This document shows positions 15,982 to 50,389 of a DNA stretch of 64,000 nt, in pieces. The notes beneath the pieces were generated by a model. The model did no database searches and had not been told where the DNA came from. It saw only the letters and a program-made list of their open reading frames with translations. The stretch spans positions 554,922-618,921 of the forward strand of contig CM082579.2 of NCBI GenBank assembly GCA_040954595.2, in the 5' to 3' direction. The DNA is from Balanoglossus misakiensis (lineage: Eukaryota; Animalia; Hemichordata). The position numbers and the translations under genes are program-made. How positions within the stretch are numbered: position 1 is the first letter of the stretch; every line of letters starts with the position of its first letter.

Positions 15982-17484
15982 CCCACATTTCAAAAACTTT
16001 TCACAAGTCTTTAGTGCCACCCAGTACAAAAGAGCCTACCTCAGTGACAAATTATGTTTGTTTTTTCAACACAATTGAAAGTTCCAAGCTCTTCGTCTTC
16101 CAATGTTTTCTCTTGAAATGATAGGTTTCATGGGATAAGTCTACTTTTCAAGTCAATCTCACACAATTACCAATTTCCTTTGCATGACTGTTTCTTATGT
16201 CTAACCAACTCATTTTTTCACCATACAGAATGTCTGTAGTTGACTTTTCATTCCATTTATTCTTCCACTACAGATTTCATCTTGGCCAACAAAACCCACA
16301 CCTGATTTTTTCAGTCTTTCCCACTGTCAAACTAGCAACTTTCTTGCACAATTGGTTTTCATTTCACTTGACCACACAGTCCACACTGAATAATTTGATG
16401 AGTACATGTACACACACCATTTCCTCCAACAAAATACTCAAAGTACACATCTTCCGGCAAATTTACACAGAATACCAATCTCAATCAGTAAATGGCACTT
16501 TACTCATTTACAATCCGAACAATTTTCAGGTAGCTGAATAGCTTTTGTGTAAACAGACCAAAGACGCAAACATATGTTTTCTATTCCTTCCAATAACGTT
16601 TCAGATTTATTAATTAAACCGTATCCCTTGACTTGATACGCCTAAAATGACCCATATGTGTGCTTCAGCTCAGTTATAAAGCCATAGGTGATTTATTAGT
16701 GAAAAACTCCCCGTCTGAACCTGTGTCAGTGATTTGATTGATCAACATGCACTGACCATTCTTTCCTACCTGGCCTGCTTTTCTTATCTCAAAACATCGT
16801 TTCACGCAATAAATAACTAAACCTGGCTATTTACGTGTCACAGGTCACTTGTCTGAAATCTAGTCAAATGGAGGTGAGACTGTGTATAGATTCACACCAT
16901 CGTCCGGTCATTTTAATCAAAGGAAAAGTGTTTGAAAACCACACACAATAATGTATTGATAGCTTCAACTTCGCCATTTTGGATTATTGTGTACATATAC
17001 TGGATTTTCTATCAAATTGGGCAAAGTCTGATTTCACCCAGGCAATACTGCAAAGTGCCAAAATCAATGCTTTGAATACTTGTATGATCAAGTTGATACT
17101 TGGATACTTGACCTTCTATGGTGATATCTCTCACAAACCACCCGCATTTGACACAAACTTGCTCTGAACGGACCCGCGACACCTCTGTACCGCAGCACAG
17201 TGTACGTACACCCACCATCATTTGAATAACGCCCCAGGCATAATCAGGGCCCAATATTGTGTCTCTGCACAAGACAACAATCACTCACTTCATAGAGTTA
17301 TCTAAACTTTGCTTGGCTTTAGTATAAATTAGGATGTACATGACGCAAGAATCCCATCACTAATTTTGTTGTTGTACAAGCCACTGACAACTGGCGTACT
17401 TGAACGGGGTCAAATCAGCCGACTTGATGGTGTATTCTACCATACACCCAACAGAATTGGCAATTTATCCAGTGAAACACAATG

Positions 17485-17648
17485 TACTGTAAAACAGGTT
17501 ATTTTCGCAACAGGAAATTTTCGCGATATCAAAAGAGGCAACTATTACGTGAGGATTAATTTTTGAAAAACATTTTATTTTCACGTTTTTTGCCTCTCGC
17601 ATATTTCGCGAAAATGTATTGTTCACGAAAATAACCTGTTTTACAATA
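17485..17648. mobile_element. Tc1/mariner-type MITE (~160 bp; TA-flanked terminal inverted repeats)
   Basis: TA-CTGTAAAACAGGTTATTTTCG ... CGAAAATAACCTGTTTTACAA-TA, plus inner inverted segments (ttttcgcga / ttcgcgaaaa; gaggcaa / ttgcctc). Confidence 0.7.
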
Positions 17649-17948
17649 GAAGTAGTTATATCAAAACCCAATTCTTGCTTTTTATTTTACTACAAAACAA
17701 GAATTGAGTAGTGATCATCAGACAACTTTAAACCAGACAGGTAATACCTATGTTGTTGGCAGGTAATATCTGTACTGAATAGCTGGATTTATAATCTTGC
17801 CTGTTATGTCTCCACTGTTGTTCAACATTTCCTACCTTGAAATTATCGCACGGATAATACTGTAAACTGGAGCGCTGTGGAAAAATCGGTGAAGAGTGAG
17901 AGATGATTTCAAAAGTATACATTTTGCCAGATTTGCAACATAACCTAC

Positions 17949-19697
17949 CTGTACAATACAGAATCCAGGAAGTGCATCTTCGCGAACACTTGCATTGTAA
18001 AATGAATTATCAAAAGTTGGTTCATTATCATTTACATCCCGTATGGTTACAATAACTGTCACATTTGTTGCAAGAGTTGGAGCTCCTCCATCTTGTGCCA
18101 TGATGAGCAGCGTCACTGAGGGTTTTCGCTCTCGATCGATCTCCGTTGCCGTAGTGATGAGGCCAGAGTTGGTATCAATTTGGAACCAGTTTGAGAAAGA
18201 GTTTGGAACATGTATTATCTGATATGTAATAGCAGCATTTATTCCTTCGTCCAGATCCGTGCCTTGTAATTGAAAGACAGACGTTCCTGGATCAGCCACT
18301 TCAATCACAGATGCATAGTAAACACTCCGGTCAAAATGAGGCGCATTGTCATTGACATCAGACACATAGATGACCAGAGGTTTTTCGGTGTATAAAGGTG
18401 GAAGCCCATGATCTGCTGCAGTAACTGTCATTTCATATATTGCTTTCTCTTCTCTGTCCAAAGGTTCTTTGACACACACCAAATAAATGATATTATCAAC
18501 CATCTCTATCCCAAAATGCCCTTCTCCTCCGGAAAGTGTCACATTCACATTTGTGAGTTCTCCTTCATCCGGATCGAAAACAGAAATCCTGGCAATGTAA
18601 TCCCCGGGTTTGGCATTCTCAGACACTTCAGAATTTCCACCACCAAGAAACAGAATTGTGACTTCTGGTGGATTTTCATTAATATTTTTTACAATGACTG
18701 TCACAAATGCAGTACTCCGCTCAGGATATGTCCCGTTATCGCGAGCTTCAACGATCAGTTCATGCACTGCCTGGTCTTCATAATTTAACTCCTTATTCAG
18801 GTATAAGACTCCAGTTTGGTGATCAACTCGGAATATTTCACCAGAATCACTCTGCCTTCTGTTGATGTCATAACTGACAAGTCCGTTGCTTCCCTCATCA
18901 GTGTCTGTAGCATAAACCTGTAAAATTCTTGACCCAACGGGAGCAGTCTCTGCAATGCTAGCCGAGTATCTACTCTGATTGAAAACTGGTTGATTATCGT
19001 TCGTGTCTGTGATTGTAATATTGAGTACAGTACTACCAGTTTTCGGTGGATCACCTCCATCAACTGCATGTATGATCAAATCATAGTGAGGGGTGGTTTC
19101 TCTATCAAGGTGATTGTTCACAATTAAATCAAGGTACAAAACTTGATCTCTCCCTTGTCGATAGTCTAATCGAAACGCCCCATCAATATTTCCTGATATG
19201 ATTTCATACCTCTGAGTATTAAAAATGCCCGCATCATTATCGAGGGCTTCGTCTATCGTCCTTTTGGAACCGATCGGCGATGCCTCTGAGATTTCTAGAA
19301 ATGACATTGGACTTGGAAAACGGGGAGCGTTGTCGTTCGCATCCATGACGACCACTGAAACTTGGACAACTTGATTATTCATACTTATTGCGAAAAAATC
19401 ATACAGTTCTGCATCCTCTCGGTTTAAGATTATCCGAGTTCTTATTTCACCGTCGACTTCATTAATTTGTAAATCCAGGAAAACTTGATCAGAGGCTGGG
19501 GATATAAAATAAGGTCCCTGGACGCCCGAATCGTCGTAGATGTTGCCGATAAAAGTTCCCGGCGGTTGGCCTTCCGTCACGGAGTACAACAGTTCCGTTG
19601 ATTGTGCCTCAGTTCTGTTTACGATCGTTAGACACAGAATCAACCAAAATGTGACCGAAGCCATCCATGTTTCCCTACCACGATTTTCCATCTTCAT
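17949..19697 (-). CDS. ds: Dachsous-like atypical cadherin, first coding exon (583 codons: signal peptide plus about 5 cadherin repeats); gene continues beyond the window start
   Basis: ORF 17832..19697 has an N-terminal hydrophobic signal (FWLILCLTIV) and repeated cadherin Ca2+-binding motifs (LDRE, DxNDNxP, AxDxG). The segment SYDINRRQSD...LNYEDQAVHELIVEARDNG..P..STAFV matches recalled Dachsous/DCHS repeats. Donor CAG|gtaggt at 17949/17948 ends the exon in phase 0; the rest of the ORF is intron read-through. Confidence 0.88.
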
Positions 19698-19863
19698 CTT
19701 GAATTCACCACGAAATATTCGCGATGTCGATTTCCGATATGGACAACCTGGATACGGTCACTCTAGCTTATGGATCGCTGAACTCATCAGCAACAACCAC
19801 GGTACGAAGAGAATCCCAAAAGATCTCCGATCCGTCCGTCACGGAATCGCGATCGTCACCATA

Positions 19864-20029
19864 CTACAGATAAAAAGGGTTGGTATACGTCTATACATAC
19901 TGATATTTAGTACTATTTTGTCACCACCTAGCTGCGATCGCGACGTCCGTCCGTCCAGTAAGCGATTGTAGTAGTTATTTTACAACTGCTTTGTGTTTGC
20001 GATCACTCCCGGTAAGCTGATCAACTTAC
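19864..20029 (-). other. Probable 5'UTR intron of dachsous
   Basis: Minus-strand donor GTG|gtaagttg at 20030/20029 and acceptor cccttttatctgtag|TAT at 19864/19863, inside the CpG-rich 5' region. Confidence 0.5.
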
Positions 20030-20340
20030 CACCATGGTTGTGTTGACGCTTGATGATCGCGATCGGATCGCCACCTAAACGCGTACTACAGCGTCCTATC
20101 TCCAAGACAACATGGTCCACTTATCACCTGGGGTCTTCACAGGAACACACGAGCCATCGCTATTTCGTCCAGGTGCAGGTCGATAACATTTTAACACCTG
20201 TTTTTGCGACAGACGGTGCCCACTTTTTTACGGATTTCGATGGTCAACTTCGTACCACTTAGCTGGTCTGAAGTTGAGCGTGTAACAATGCAGGGGGTAC
20301 GACTAGTAGCAGTCACGTGATCTACGTTGGGGAGAACTAG
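20030..20340 (-). promoter_or_regulatory. CpG-rich 5' exon and promoter region of dachsous
   Basis: CpG dinucleotides are visibly enriched from about 19.2 to 20.3 kb relative to the intron; E-box GTCACGTGA near 20312. Confidence 0.35.
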
Positions 20341-23300
20341 AATATAATCAGAAACTATTTTAAAAGCTATATTTTTGTTATTAATCCTGGATTATAAACG
20401 TGGAACATTTGTGATTAGAATTCTTTGAGAACTGCACTATATAATTCAGAATTTTCATAGTCTTAAGTGAAAGAGTGACTAACAAACGCCGATCAAAAGT
20501 TGGCTGTCGAGCTGCACTGTGGCACGTTATTAGCATATGTATATAAGGGCTATTGTAATTTGAATGAATAATAGGTGCCTATTGTGAAAACCGTTCTTCG
20601 CAAACAAACACCGCAAAGACGGTACAGTCGAATCTTTTACCTGCATTCCAACACGACGAAGTGTGTGCAAACTCTTTTTACGCTGCTTGTTTCGGAAAAA
20701 AAACGAACATCTTTGATGAAGATATAACTTTATAATAAATCTTCTTTTTCTAGCAAATGAAAGTAAGACAATAACAGCAAAGTTCATCAATTTTTGGTAA
20801 AATCTGTTTTTCAATATGCTGCATAATATGGATAACGAATTAAGTAAAAAAAATGGGAAGGAATTTCATGACTTTGAAGTCCACATGAAATAGAGATTAG
20901 AAGATATTTTAATGAGTATGGAGTCAGTTAAAATTCAATGCCATTATTCAAGTTTATATTTTCCCACGATGACGACTGGTATTGGTTATACATTTGGCAA
21001 ACATGCTGGTGGCAAGCTAAAACAAATATATCTGTCTTGGTCAGTTCCAAAATTCCACGCCCGGTTGAGAACGCAATTGAGGTTTGGCGTGAATGTAGAT
21101 AATCTTATCTTCTGTGTCGGCAACTTCAGACCAAGATAGGTGCGAACAAGGTGCAAAATGTTTTTTTTATTGCGTCCGGGCTGTGAATTACTCGTGCACA
21201 GAGTGTCAGATTTGTATGCGGTGGTACAGTATTCGAAGAACAATGTTCATGTAAGATGTAAGCTTACACCGCAAACAGATATTGATCCGGAATCTCTTGC
21301 CGCTGTTTTCATTTACCATGTTGCCTGACATGATTTTATCTTTATATTTAATCTCAAACTGGTCAGACATATTATGTAGTCGCACACGTGACAATATTTT
21401 GCATACGTTTTCCAGCAGGAGCCTTCTGCACGTCAATATTGCAAGATTACATTCTCGAATCACCAGATTATATTCAGATTTATCAATCACCAGGGAAACG
21501 GTTTAGAGAGGGGTGGTGAAAACAACTAGTCGGATTTGGACTATGTGAATGTCGAAATGATGATTCCACAACACGAATATATCTTTGGTTTAAATATGGT
21601 ATGGGGAGAACGCCCCGATTTGCGTTAGAATGATAGCTAATTTGTAACCTAATAGAACACAGAAAGTACATTTTATGGACATATAATCTAAGCAAATAAT
21701 CCACGCAGTGACGCATTACAAAGTAAAACGTGAACTTTTGGTAACTTTTCCGACAACGACACAGCACCTCTTCGCCTTTGAAGTCGATTTTTCGTGCGGC
21801 ATCTTCGCATTGTGGAGGGGAACTCCAATACGGAGAAAGGAGACGTAATACATTGATACCATCATCATGCCCTTGACCCAGCGGATCAAATCAACAACTA
21901 TTCAGGATTAAAGAATACCGACGATCGAAATCAACGATATTATTTGAACAAATGAACACAAGTTTGCACGGTTCAGGAGAATGTTTATCACGCTCCTTGT
22001 TTTACTCCATCAGACAACTAAGCTTACAGAAATTTTTCCGGGGTTTAGTCAAGCAAAACGACAATTTCCGCATTTTTTTGTCGAGATGATGGGAAAGGGT
22101 GTGCCCAGTTATGCATTGTCAGTTGGAACAATCCGTTGAACTTGACGTTGACTCAGCTGCTTCCAACCGTTTGCATATCCTGTATTCCGCCTACAGTGTA
22201 CACACTGGGAGTAACACATGCCCCATTCGTTCGGACTACACTGACACTCATTCGCTTGACCCAACTTCCACTGTCTCTCACGGGTTAACACATTTTGTGT
22301 TTGAAAACTGGACTGTTCTCTGTCGACTTTGTCTTTGACGAAAATGTCGGACTTCTCGTTGCGTAATTTTCAGTAATTTTGGACTACTTCCTCTGTCATT
22401 GATTTGCATTTTATGATCGATTTAAAATTCCTTTGATCTTCCCTACTTTTTAAATCTTACGTGTGACGTATTCCAGTTAAAAACAAAACTAAGATTTTAT
22501 GTTGTTGGAGACAACTTGAAAATGACGAGAGTGATGTCGTGGTGGTACACTTGCCAACCACCTGTTGCATTATAAAATTTAACGTTTTTCGTTTCCGTTT
22601 TTGCGATTTTGGTTCCTAAATTAAAAAAACAAAAACCCGAACGGTCGCTTTCGTTGATGGTAGACTTCGTCAAGCGGATTTTCATCTCATTTTACATTTA
22701 CATTGCATTTTATAACCCTTTTCATACATTCCATTCATTGTCTTTGCTTGTTTAATAGCTGCGCACTACTTCCTAATAGACAATTAGTCAAGGATTGTCG
22801 ATAAACCATAAAAGTTTATGATCTGTGGAGTAGCATTTCCATGAAAAAAGCTACAATGTGTTGAAACAATACACATTGTTGTGACTCAAGCCATGAATTG
22901 ATATGATTACCAGGGCCTCTGATCATAGTTCCACGCTGTGACTGACGTAATTGCATGTTTTGGAAAGATTTTCAACAGATTGTATTTGTGGGTGAGAGAA
23001 AATAGACGGGCGAGTGGAACCACCAGAAACCTTCATGATGAGCGATGATGCTCTTCTAGCACCAAAAAACGCACGAGGGCGCTATTCGCTCAGATCTGGT
23101 GCGTCGACATAGATGTTCTTACCACTTGTTGCATATCTCCTCAAACACAAGTCCAATAATAGGAATAGGCAAGCTTATAATTTGTTTCTATTCTCTTTAT
23201 TGCATACCATGGTAAATAAATGAAAAAGAAATATCACAAAATGAAATACACAATATATAGCAACTGATGTGTTTGTCAAATCCTTTGCTTTCGCCTTAAA

Positions 23301-23346
23301 GTGACCACGGCAAAATGCACTCAATTCTTGTTAACAAGGATAACCT

Positions 23347-24672
23347 TTACAGTTTTATTGGAATTGTCGGCCAAAGTTTGGGGTTCCTCTTATCGTAATT
23401 CCTATCAAACTGAAGTTGTAAAGCAGTCTCCATCCCATGAATCATAGCAGCATCTTTTCCATACAATATCTGTTGAAAAAGAAACACAACATCAAACTGT
23501 GTCATTCATGCATTATGATGAAGTTTTAATAATATTCCAATTGCCCAATATATGTGAACAAAAAGTAACTTTTGTTGAAAGATGTATCCAGTATTTGTAA
23601 TTGCTGTTTTTCTTCAAGAAGTTGGCATCACAGAAGTTTCTGATCCATAGTGTATAACACATGTACCTTCATTTCATGACGTCTCTTCTGACCAGGTTTC
23701 TCTGTTGGTGCTTTACATGATGTTGCAACAGATGCCTTGTATACTGGAATCAAAACAACAGTGAAATTAAATACTTGTAAAATAATTATTTCCTAATCAT
23801 AAAGAGTAAATTTATCCAAAAGCATGTAGCCTCAACGGAGTACCTGTATGTACATGTATACCGGTTATCACACTTGGACAGCGCCCTCTGTGACAAGTTG
23901 CAGACACACGACACAAATCAGTCTTGGCTACTTCATCAATAATATCAGAATTATTATTTTTCATCAATTATGGTAGAGTCTAATCATTAAAATACTCACA
24001 ATCTTCTGCATTGATGTAATCTTGTTCTTTGCCACTAAAAATCCTCTGTTTTAAATCTTCTATCTCCTTTTCTGTGTGAAAGGGAACCAAGCATACAGGA
24101 GATTAATGGGATGGAATGATACACACATCATCAGTGGAAACAGAAAATGACATTTTGTTATGCAACTTACTTCTTTCTTCTCTATGTTTTTCAGATTTTG
24201 CAAAGAACTCTTTCATTTCTTGTGACACTTCCATTTCCATTTGAAAGCTGTCATCACTTTCATCATCATCTTCACTGTCATTCTCTTGCTCATCTCTTGT
24301 CAAGTTTTGTGTTACTGAGGCATCATTCCTGTGTGGATTGTGGGCCATCTGACTCCCATATCCAGATTGCCAGTAGGGCTGGTGTTGCATTGAGCTTCCC
24401 CAAGGTCCCATATATGGATCATGGTTCATTTCATAATAAGACGTACTGCTGGGGTCCATTGCCATAAACGGTGATGCTTGACAAAACTGTGGCATGTAAC
24501 GATAATTGTGTTGCATCATGGAAAGTCCTGGAAACCAGTGAGTGTAATACCACTGCCTGACATCATGATAATGTTGCCAGTATCTACGGAAACATGGATC
24601 CTCTTGCCAGGGTTGCCCAGGAGACGACTGAAACTGAACAGCCAAGGCAGGGTCATGGCTTGGTGTATCCAT
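23347..24672 (-). CDS. GEMIN8: Gem-associated protein 8 (SMN complex), 4 coding exons, ~257 aa
   Basis: Exons 24672-24171, 24071-24000, 23743-23667 and 23469-23347 have GT-AG ends and join in frame. The protein has N-terminal FRRYWQHY, an acidic linker, MKEFFAKSEKHREER, and the Gemin8 C-terminus APTEKPGQKRRHEMKILYGKDAAMIHGMETALQLQFDRNYDKRNPKLWPTIPIKL*. A non-coding exon probably ends near 24893. Confidence 0.88.
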
Positions 24673-24899
24673 TATCAAGATCTGTGACAAATAAAAATAA
24701 ATAAAACCTGTATCTTTTATTGGTTTGGGACAACCTGGTCAAATAATTCAAATGTTGATAATATTGCTTTACAAGAAGTTGCATTTTAGTCCACTGTATG
24801 GCATTGGTCTTCGATCTTGCTACAAAGCACATTTTGGAGACTTCTGCATGTTACATATTACATGTATATGGGTTTCTTGAACTCTTCATTACCTGGTTC

Positions 24900-25370
24900 A
24901 AGCGTTATGGTATCTGTCTTTGAGTCAGCGAAGACAGATTTTGCAGCTTACTGTTGCTACAGTCCGTAGCTAAATCAGTTAAAATGCATAGAAACCACCC
25001 AATCAGTACTCTACGTCCAGCTGATCGAGCTGATGGTGCACTAGTGCGCCCTCAGCATCTAAGGTTTGTTCCATTTATTACAAAGGTGACGTCCTTTTTA
25101 TGTCAGTCTTTTAATACTATCATATTCTGAAACTATGTATCGTTTATCATACAGATAGTTTTAACCGAGTCTATTATGCATTTGCATACTATTTATTGAA
25201 GTCGCCAAGGTGTGTAAAATTGAAACAAATCCTACAATTTTTCTTATGCTCCCCCCAATTTATAACAGGTTCTTATCTATGTGCTTTGAAAACACAAATA
25301 GCAAAATGGCAGCAGAGATGTTGGTACACTTATGATCAGTACCGTGGTCTGTCAGGATTTACAGGTAGGA
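24900..25370. promoter_or_regulatory. Probable divergent promoter region for GEMIN8 (-) and WDR17 (+)
   Basis: Lies between oppositely oriented genes; CCAAT near 24999, GCGCCCTC element near 25046, YY1-like AAAATGGC near 25303, and a + strand donor-like CAG|gtagg near 25364. Confidence 0.3.
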
Positions 25371-27338
25371 TGACCACAATCTTTTGAAACTTGTCTGTCC
25401 TAGAATCTATAATCTAGTTCTGAGATAAAGAACAATTGCTGCATGTCGTCGCTCGCCAGAATTGTTGTACTTTAAAAAATATCGAACATATATGCAATAT
25501 TACATTGGTTTTGCATTATAACGCTGATTTGATTGTAAAATATATGAACGTCTAGCGTGTCTACTTGCCTGACAGACAGAAAGGCCATAAGACATGCATG
25601 CCTGGCCCGGCAGTCAGTTTATATTGTTGCTGTTTGTTTAATATTCATTGAATGGGGAGGTATTGTACACCTTTATATAATGTCGGGTAGATTAAATTAA
25701 AGAATGCATGAAGCTCTTGGCAAGTAACATGCACTGGGGCAGATATGATTAATACACAGAACGATTTATTTCTACTCTGTATACAGTGTTGCTTTATTAG
25801 GGTTATGTGCATTGACACAGTGCAAATAAAACGCAAGTGTACATTTATTCTTTCTGAATGTTGCAGAAGGGATTTGGACAAAGGTTAATAAATTACTGTT
25901 ATTGAGTCTTGAATATTCCTCAATCCGAAGACGTGCTTTTTCTATGCATCTTGTTCATTATTCTTGAATAGAAGGGTCAAAGGTGTTTCAATATCCTTTT
26001 CAATTTCCCTCGTTTTGTTAGATTATTCTCTGAGAGTGCTCGCGTGACATCATTACGTGCTCATACACTTTCATTGGTTCGTATTACTCCATTTCAAAGT
26101 TTCGTAGAATGTGAAAAAAAAATTCAGGAAGAGTAATAAGTTCTTTAAAATATGTCCCTTTATACATGTGTATGTTAAGTCAAATATCTCAGATAAGTTA
26201 TACTGTTGCCAGGTTTCTTGTATCTCATGTGAGTTTATGAAAGATTTTCTCAGTGACTTGTTTTCGTGTCAAATAAGGTGAACAAAATGAAAATAACATT
26301 GAGAGCAAATAATCTAGACTTGAAGTCCTTCAATCTGCATGCATCTTGTGTGACCGAATAGTTTATTTGGTGAGAGTAATCAAAGTGCATATAAGTGCAT
26401 GGTCTGACTGGTTAGGTGCCTTGCTTCTTGTTGCCATCCACCTGATTGGTTTCTATGGTGACACTCAATACATTCTAACACCTCCATATGCCAAATGTGA
26501 CATACAGAATATCCTATCACTTCTGTCGACCCACACATTATCATTCAAACACCTTAGAAGTGCCCCTTTGGAATCCAAATTGTATATGGAAGCCCTTTCT
26601 CTGTTTTATGTCCACTGTTTATCAAATGTCATCATCTGATCTATTGTTCTTGCAATTATTCTTGCTTTCGTTATTTTTATCTTTTGTTTTCCATTGAAAT
26701 ATTTATCAAGGATAAATCAATCTGCCCTTTGAAAAACTCATAAAAATGCCTGTGATCCATTTTTATGAATGGTTCAAACTTATTTGAATTGGAGATGAGG
26801 CATGATAAGTGCATTTGATCATTTTAATTACTTGAGGAATTGTAATTCACCGTCTTTTGGAGTACACAGATTTAGTGGGGTCTGTAAAAAGGCATGTGTT
26901 GGCAGGTGGTATTACACTTAAATGTTATCCTGTTCAACACTGACAAGGTCTTCTGTCTAAGCAGTTTTAGAACTCTGTTGACCTACATTTGCTAATGCAA
27001 ATCAAATTCCCCAGGTGGTTTTATACTTACCACCACATGCATGTCTGTTAGTTTTATTATCTCAATATAAATTTGTGAATGTCAGCAGAAGTCATAAAGT
27101 TTTATGGGTTAGCTGTGTAACATAGATTGCAAGTTTCATTGTCTTACATTTTTAACTTTGCAGTATATAAAAGTGTGATACATTTCCTAATGAGGTATCT
27201 TTTCTTGAATTTTTAGGCATATTATAAGATCCAAGATTTCATCTCAGCTGAAGATAAAGGTTTCTAGCCAAGAACCAGATACCCAGGCAACTCACGCATG
27301 AAATACTAATATCTGTGGCCCATACAGCATCAGTAACC

Positions 27339-50148
<22,810 letters not shown>

Positions 50149-50296
50149 CTGTAAGCTGTAAGCTAGCTGAAGACTTCTTTTATAGCTGTGGTTCTGTCTT
50201 TATGTGCATTCCCAGAAAGGAATTGAAAAATCACATGTATTTGTCGACACACCCAACTTCACTCTGACGTACAAATTCCTATTCATTCTGTTCAAA

Positions 50297-50389
50297 TGAA
50301 CCCTTTCTCCCCCTGTTCCCTCTATAGAGGTCCAACTTTACCATAGAAAACAATGGATTTGGACCACACCATGGCAGTGAAAGGGTTAA
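50297..50389 (+). mobile_element. piggyBac-like MITE, copy 3 (WDR17 3'UTR region)
   Basis: TGAACCCTTTCTCCCCCTG...GGCAGTGAAAGGGTTAA; upstream of AATAAA near 50477. Confidence 0.75.

Larger units (their letters stand above)
1..17948 (-). other. Large intron of dachsous (at least 17.9 kb; no further cadherin exon recognised in the window)
   Basis: Begins at the GT donor at 17948. AT-rich, only short non-homologous ORFs, scattered MITE-like hairpins. Confidence 0.7.

Noticed and set aside
226-17671. Many 60-125 aa ORFs in the dachsous intron
   Set aside because: No recognisable domains, no consistent splice chain, and composition typical of random AT-rich DNA.
17832-17948. C-terminal tail of the 621-aa cadherin ORF, suggesting a secreted single-exon cadherin
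   Set aside because: Cadherin similarity stops at a canonical donor in mid-repeat; the tail is intron read-through.
18408-19971. + strand ORFs overlapping the dachsous exon
   Set aside because: Antisense shadows with no independent coding evidence.
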